From the NCBI GenBank assembly GCA_964016885.1, contig OZ024743.1:228966001-229030000 (forward strand): a DNA stretch of 64,000 nt, in the 5' to 3' direction. Origin of the DNA: Eledone cirrhosa (Eukaryota). The notes beneath the pieces are model-generated. The model worked only from the letters and a program-made list of their open reading frames with translations. It did no database searches and was not told the origin of the DNA. The stretch's first letter is position 1; the number at the start of each line of letters is the position of its first letter. Made by a program: the position numbers and the translations under genes. Below, piece by piece: positions 56,387 through 64,000 of this stretch.

Positions 56387-56820
56387 CCCTTTTGTTACCA
56401 TATTTTTAATGCCTGTCATTTCCAAATAATGATTTCTAGTATAGGCACATGGCCAGCAATTTGGAGGAGAGCGGAAAGTCGATTAAATCGACCACAGTAC
56501 GTTACTGGTGCTTTATTTTATTGACCCTGTAAGGATGAAAGGCAAAGTTAACCTCGGTGGGATTTGAAATCAGACCGTATAGGGTCGTAACTCTATGCCG
56601 CAAAGCATGATGTCCAACTCTCTACCAACCACCACCCTATTTTCAAATCAGAGCAAGAATTTGGTGAGGTTTCATAATATACCAAAATTCCTTATTATTA
56701 AACTGCTGTTTGTAACAAAGTTTCTTACATAGAATTAAAATGGAAGATTTTTCTTAGATAAATAAACAGCTTAGTATAATAAAACTAGGAGCAGTTTCAA
56801 GTTGATTGGTATCAAAAGGA
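56387..56820 (+). mobile_element. piggyBac-like MITE with a nested Meta-like SINE (about 56430-56630, minus strand)
   Basis: TTAA|CCCTTTTG ... CAAAAGGA|TTAA ends, with the internal SINE core GGATGAAAGGCAAAGTTAACCTCGG. Confidence 0.7.
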
Positions 56821-56832
56821 TTAAACAATAAT

Positions 56833-57013
56833 TGTTTCTACTTTTGGCACAAGGCCAGCAATTACTCAGTGTATTACTGGTACTTTATTTTATCGACCCC
56901 ATAAGGATGAAAGGCAAAGTTAACCTCGGCGGGATTTGAACTCAGATCGTAAAGGGACGTGGCTATGCTGGAAAGCATGTCAGACCCTCTACCGATACTG
57001 CCAATTCACCTGC
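56833..57013 (-). mobile_element. Full-length Meta-like SINE with a 20-bp target-site duplication
   Basis: Direct repeat CAAAAGGATTAAACAATAAT at 56813-56832 and 57014-57033; near-identical to 1689-1868. Confidence 0.88.
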
Positions 57014-60000
57014 CAAAAGGATTAAACAATAATACAACCTTGTAATAAAAGAGTAGACTTTGAATAAGTAAACGAACAAAGAGATGGATAAAAGAGGAGT
57101 CTGTTTGACAAAGTGGCAATGTGAGAGAAGTAATAGTCAGATGAAGGGGCAAATATTTAAATGATCAAGTGAGAAAAAGGCCAAGTGTACAAGGAAACAA
57201 ATAAATGATCAAATAATTTAATGAAAAACAAAAGTAATAAAATAAGGAAGCAAATTAGTAGCAGTTGGCAGCTTCTTCAGATTTCTATAATATTTTATAT
57301 TAAAATACATGAAGGCCGTATGGTTCAACTCCTTTAATACCAAACCAGCTGAAGCTGCCACTTGGTTCTATGTAAACATTTTATTTTAAAAGTATTATTT
57401 TTATCTAATAACCTTCCATCATATGTAAGAACCTTTGTTAATTTATGTTCCAAAGAAAAATTACTTATATTACTAAATCCCTTCAAATTCTTGATTATTT
57501 AAAAAATAATTTGAAAATAAGCAATATCTTTTATTAGAAATATAGTAATGAAAGAGTTAATTGACAAACAAAAACAACAACAACAACAAAAAAGCAAAAT
57601 AAGGAAGTAATTTAGTTACAGTTGACAGCTTCTTATATTCAGACATTTTAAATACTGAATTATATGAAGGTCCTTTGTATTATATTTTAATCAAAATGCA
57701 GAGACAGATGAAAAAGATGGAATGAAAATGGAGTAAGTGTATCTGAAAAAGAGACATAGGGAGCAAGAGTCATTGATAAGGTCACAAGTTGTGATGAAAG
57801 GACTCTAACAATTAATTAATTAGTTGATTAACCAACTGATTGATGGATTAATTTCCTTATTAATAATACAGCTGAAAGGAAACTCAACCAGTGCATGTGT
57901 TTTGTTTGGTAACATGACCTGCCTCAAAACCAACAATATCTGTTTCAACACACAATTTCACATCTAGAATCTTGCAAAAACAAATAAAAAAACAAAGCTT
58001 CATTATTTTACTTCTTTTTAACCTATTCTACAGCTCCTTTTTATTACAAAATTAAGAGAAAAGGATGAAAATAATGAGCCATAGAAAAGGGAGAGGCTTC
58101 TTTTATTCTTTCACTGGGCTACAAAACTAGGCACATGTGTTCCACAGAACAGCACAAATTAGTACAGTGTTAACCAATTTGCCTCTCGTTGTTCAAATTA
58201 CTTCAAAAGACACTGCCGCCCACTCAATGGGAAAGCAGTTGATGAGAAATTGGATCAAAGCAATAAAATGATTTTATCAACAGCTATTGGGTCAAAATAA
58301 ATACCATGACCAATTAAACAGGGCATTAGTCTATATTATTTTCCTATTACCTAGATAATCTATCAAAAGAAAAAAAATCCCTCTCACACACATTCACAAA
58401 TACACAGTTACAATTGATGTTAAGGAGAATGTAATAAAACTCCAGCTTCAATCTTACTACTGTTATCATTGTCATCATTGCCACCACCATCACCACCAAC
58501 ATCATCCTCACTATCGTTCTCACCACCATCACCATCATAAAAATCATTGTCATTTTTCGACTCTGATCTGGGTTGGATGAATCTGCAGTATTCATCATTA
58601 TGATAGCCTGTTATATCACTTGTATAGCCCAGTCAATATCCTACAGATCTGACCTTACTACCGCCTTTCTTCACTCTCTTCACATATATACCTATGTCAC
58701 CCATTGGTATTTTCCATTGTCAATATGTTGTATTCAAGCCTTTGATACCAAATTATTTTATCATGTGACCTGCATTTTATAAAAGGCAATCATGACACAA
58801 GCAACAAATCATATAAGGCATACACCTCTCTGGCCAATATAAGTCTTCTGCATTCAATACATATTTTTCACAATCATGCAGCAATGCAAAGTCAGTTTTA
58901 AAAAAGAGAAACGTTTTGTTGTTAACAACTTAAATTTCTTCCTGTTTTTTTTTTGTTTTTTTTCCAGTTACAATATATTACTTAAGCCATATTGTTTAGA
59001 AAATTACACAAAACATCAGATTGTAGAAGCTGTGTTAGTATTTCATTTTTACTCTATCTCAAGAACAATATATTTCATTTACAAAATGCACGAGACCGTC
59101 CTAATTTAATTGTTCTTTGTTGGGAAAGCATTAAGCAAATATCAAGATCAACTGGTACTGCTTTAGCATAATATCGGTAGTCTATGCTGTGTAATGACCT
59201 AACCTGCCTACCAGGTTAGGATTAGTAGGTGATGTAGACCACATGCTGAACTGTAAATAAAAATGCAGGCTGAGCACATGTTAAAGTGTAGATGACCAGG
59301 TAGTCTGCACACTAATATGGCACCATTATTCACTGTTGTACTTAACATATTTGAAACAATTTTCTAGTTTGTGCTGCCAATAGCCAATTATAAACCCATC
59401 AAAGAATCAAAACTACTCTACATCAACAACTCCCAACTTAACAGCCTTTGTTTAAACTCTCCTTCTCTCACTATTGTTTGGCAGAGAACATGATCTAGAA
59501 GCTGGCTGAAATGTGCTTCACTTGTGTATTGCTCCCAAGGATTCAATATTTATTTTAGTAGTACTATTCAACATTAACTTTTTTTTCATATACAGCCACC
59601 TGAAACAGACTGTGGTTCTCTGATATAAAACTGTTTATATTAATCTTAAAATCTTCCATTATAATTTTATGTAAGAGCCTCTTTAATTTAATCTCCAAAT
59701 ACCAACTTAATGAGAAAGTTACTAAACCACTCCAAATTTAAATTACTAACTTCCTTAAAATTCTTGATTATCTTCAAAATTATTGGAGAATCATTGGCCT
59801 TTGATTAAAAATATTGTAATGAAAGGGTAAACATAAGCAAATTTTGTAAGCCAATATTTTAAAGCTTCATTGTCACCATAATTTAATATCAATTTATCCA
59901 TGCTGACATGGGTTGAATAGGTCACCACAGACCAAGTTAGTACATAATCAGAGCTACTTTCCTCCCAGATGTGCCAGAAGCCACATTTCGCTAACATATA

Positions 60001-60689
60001 TTCCACTTTTGGCATGGTTTCTACAGCTGGATACTCTTCCCCTCACCAACTATTTTATAGAGTGTACAAGGTGCATGTTACCATGACATCAATGATAGAG
60101 ATGCTGTCATGTCCTTGACACAACTTTAAAGTACTCTCAACTCTTTGTTTGGCATTTTTTTCTTATTTTAATGCTTATATATGTTTTCATTAGAAAATAG
60201 ATGTATGGTTATGTAAAGTCTGGGCTTTGCATGAAATTCTTTAAGCTTTACAGCTGGCTGTCATTCGTAAAACTAATAGCTGAACTAGAATGTAGAAATG
60301 CTAACATTTTTCAGCTAAACTTAGAAACAATTACCATATTATACTTTGATTAAATAGTACATTCTTCAACAATAATGAGGCTTGAACTTACGAATATTGG
60401 GTCATATTCTTCACTCATATATTTATAGTTATTAAAAAAAAATTCTAAAACAATCTTTAGTTTGTATTCTTATATAACAGTGTTGAAATGCAGATGTGTA
60501 TGTATGTGCATGTGTTTATGTGTGAGTACTCTTTTATATTATTTTACTGGTTTTAGTCATTAAACTGTGGCCAGCCATATTGAGCACCATTTATTTTATT
60601 ATATCAATCCCAGTACAGACACAAATCTAACTAAACACACTCAAAATACACACACATATCATCATCTTCATTGTTTAATGGTCATCTTC

Positions 60690-60850
60690 CCTGCTAGCAA
60701 AGGCTGAACAGACACATACACACATGTCTGTAGGTATATATATATATACCTGCTAGCAAAGGCTGAACAGAGACATACACACATGTCTGTAGGTATATAT
60801 ATATATACCTACAGACATGTGTGTATGTGTCTGTTCAGCCTTATCTAGCA
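60690..60850. repeat. Tandem duplication of about 59 bp plus an inverted copy hinged on (TA)n
   Basis: CCTGCTAGCAAAGGCTGAACAGA.ACATACACACATGTCTGTAGG(TA)n occurs twice, followed by its reverse complement at 60808-60850. Confidence 0.85.
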
Positions 60851-61434
60851 CATATATATATACACACACATACAAAAGGCTTCCACTCACAAAGCTATAA
60901 TAGAGGACTCTTATCCAGAGTGCTGCACAGCAGGACTGAACCCAGAACCATGCGATTGTAAAGCAAAATTCTTAACCATAAAATTAGCCATGTGTATGTA
61001 TGTGTGTATTTACATGCATGTCTGGATACATGCGTGTGTTTTCTTCAAATACATTTCTCTGGTAAATGAAAGCAGACACCATCCCTCCCCACTCCACCAA
61101 ATGGTTCTAGTAATAACAACAACAACTGAAGGGTTAACATCGAGTAAATTCAGAATTGGACTTGAATCTATATTGGATAAATAAATAAATAAATAAATAA
61201 AATCTATAAAATAAAATTAAAATAAATGAATAAAAGTAATACATTGTTGGCTATGTAATTTCTCTTGGAGACATTATAGGGTAATGTAGTAGCAGCCCAT
61301 AGCCTTTAAATCCTCACTGATGCTGGGAGATCAGAAGGAAAGTGATCATTTATCCAAAACATTAATTATATATTCAAGTCCTCGTTCAAGTATTAGGCTG
61401 ACACTTTCTGTTCTTGTCGCTTGCTTTGCTCATT

Positions 61435-62650
61435 AAGTTGTTGATGTTGTTGTTGTAGACATGTTGATTATTTTCGGTGTTTGTTGTTGTTGTAGATATG
61501 ATGTTGATGGTTTTTGTTGTAGATATGGTGTTATATTTGTAGTTGTTGCAGTCGTTGTTATGGTATTGGTGCTAAAGTAGATATGTTGAAAATGTTAGTC
61601 TTCTTATAGATGGCGTTGATGTTATTGTTGTTATAAGTATGTTGATGGTGTTGTAGATATGTATGTAGGTGCATGGCAAAGTGGTTAATATGTTGGACTC
61701 ACTACTCATAAGGCCATAGATTCAATTCCTTGACTGGGTCATATACTATGTTCTTGAACAAAATACTAGATTTCCCATTGCTCCTTTGGCTAAGAGTTGT
61801 GACTGGCAGCAGAAAGTGTCAGTAATAGAAAGACCAATGGAAACATTGTTTACTTGGTCTGATCTGATTATCAGCCCCATTTGTTTGTTGGTTTGTTTTT
61901 TTGTTTTCTTATTGTAGTTATGTTGTTGATGTTGTAGATATGATTTTAAATTTTTAAATACATTGTTATTGTTGGTGTTTGTTGTTATTTACGTTGTTCT
62001 AGATATAGGGTTGGTGTTATTTGTGTAGATGTTGTTGGTGTTGAAGTTACTGTTGTTAATGTTTGTCATTAGTATTGTTGTTGAATAGAAAAATCTCAGG
62101 AAAATAATCCACTATAAAATGATTTACTTTAAAGAGTCTGAGATCAACAGAAGCACCAATATTTCTATCAGCCTTCAATGAGAGAGTGAATTCAATTCAC
62201 GTAGACAAATTGTTTGGCACGTAAACCCAACAACTATTCATTGAAAAAAAAAAGAGAAAACGATATTTTGGATTTTAGTGAGTGTAAATGAAGAGATAGT
62301 TTTAAGGGAGTGGGTGATTGTGGTTGTGATGGAAGGGATAGTGGTGGTGATGGTTTGGATGGTGGGAGTTTAGTTGGGGGTGGTAATGGTGGTAGTAGTG
62401 CTGATGTTGGTGGTAGGTAATCATGGTGGTAGTAGAGGTGGGGGCAAGTGGTGTGTAGTAGTGGTGGTGGCAGTGATAGTGATGGTGGTGGTGGTTGGTA
62501 AGCATGATCATAGTAGAGGTGGGGCATGCGGTGGTAATAGTGTTGGTTGAAGTGCTGGTGATGGCAGTGGTAGTCTTGGTGTTGGCAGAAATGGTTGTGA
62601 TGGTTGTGGTGGCAGTGGTAGTGGTGAATGAGATGGTGAGATGAAGGGAT
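61435..62650. repeat. Degenerate (GTT)n and (GGT)n low-complexity tracts
   Basis: GTTGTTGTAGATATG-like units at 61435-62085 and a GGT-rich tract at 62310-62640. Confidence 0.7.
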
Positions 62651-64000
62651 GAGTACCTAAATATGATGGATAAAACAAAAGACAGACTTCCAATCTTATC
62701 TAATTTGTTGAAAGTAATTTATACACTGTACAATGATTGAACTTAAGCTTGAAAATTAAGCAATTCTGAATAGCATTAAAACGCCTATATTTGGAATACA
62801 AATATATTATTTGTGTATATCTTCTTATCTCACACACTTGTGTAGGCACATTCACACCCATATACATAACTGCATTCATTCAATCAATCATGTATACATA
62901 CATACGTATGCACATAAATATATATATATACAAAGATACAACTACATAAATACATATATATATACATTAAATACATGCATACATATACATTAAATACATA
63001 CATGCATACATACAAACACATATACATACATATATACATGCAAATATAGAAACACACACATACATACACATTACATTATACATGTTTGGTAAAAAGTGTG
63101 TATATATATATATATCTATATCCTATATTTACCAATCATGGCATGAAAACTATAACATTCAATGAACCAAGATATATTTGTATAAATCTACATTGCTATA
63201 AAGATTTTATTTTGTGTTTACATTAGCCAGCCTATACCAAAATGTAAATATGGTAGCAGCATTTTTATGTTACTTTAATCCTTTTCATACCAACCAGCCT
63301 AAAACTATCCTTGATTCTATGATACAAAGCTACATGTCCTAAAGTGTTCATATTCATAAATAATACTTTCTAACGTGATTTTATGTAAGAAAATTTTGTT
63401 ATGCTATGTTTCAAACACTAATGAAGGAACCCCTATGTGGCGCAGCCAAATTTCTCCAAACTGCAATCTGCCTTCTTAAAAACGAATATACACAGTGGAT
63501 AATGTAATTGCTTATAAGTCTGGTTGAACAAAGAGGACCTGGAACTTAAGATGATGAAAGCCAACCCTCAATAATGGCAAGCCTTGAATATAGAATATAA
63601 ATATGTAACTATAGATAACAAGGTATTTAGACTGCTATCGTATACATGAGTTAATATTAATATTCTATGTCAGACTTCTATCAGTTCTGACAAGTGTCAC
63701 AGTTGATTCAATCAATGAAACAGCTTGCTTGTGAAATTAACTTGCAATTAGCTTAGCATTCCACAGACACATGTACCCTTAACACAGTTCCCATGGAGAT
63801 TCATCATGGCAGTGTGATATGCCTGGTCATTTGAATGTACAACTCATGTTAAAGTACAACTCATGTTTTCCAGCTGAGTTTATTGAAGCAAAATAAAATA
63901 AAGTGCCTTCCCAAAGAACACAACACTCCACCTAGAATTGAACTCATGAGTTGAACACCATCAACAAAGTCATGCATCTTCACAATATCAACAATATGCA

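Noticed and set aside
62234-62693. Pro/His-rich ORFs on the minus strand
   Set aside because: They derive from a degenerate (GGT)n tract, with no splice or codon evidence.

Overview
This is AT-rich animal genomic DNA, most likely intronic or intergenic octopus (coleoid) sequence; the species call is inferred from the RTE LINE, tRNA-SINE and (TA)n content. I see no supportable host protein-coding gene, and nearly all long ORFs in the track are microsatellite artefacts ([12 protein letters not shown]). The window holds 5'-truncated RTE LINEs with (ATG)n tails and a PHD-type finger after the RT core, three tRNA-derived SINE types, TTAA-flanked piggyBac-like MITEs, a hAT-like MITE and a non-autonomous Helitron. 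The main signal is a dense set of Penelope-like element (PLE) 3' ends inserted in (TA)n. These give two GIY-YIG endonuclease remnants and about a dozen type I hammerhead ribozyme (HHR) motifs that can be folded by eye, most with a short palindromic helix III. Three motifs carry the compensatory U3-A8 core (TTGATAA), and two element types have very long stem II domains. Several palindromes keep only the 3' half of an HHR and turn in or near stem II, which suggests snap-back priming at the ribozyme hairpin during insertion. An 11-kb TA/PLE nest is bracketed by an inverted duplication of its own flank. All folds and alignments were done by eye and none was computed.
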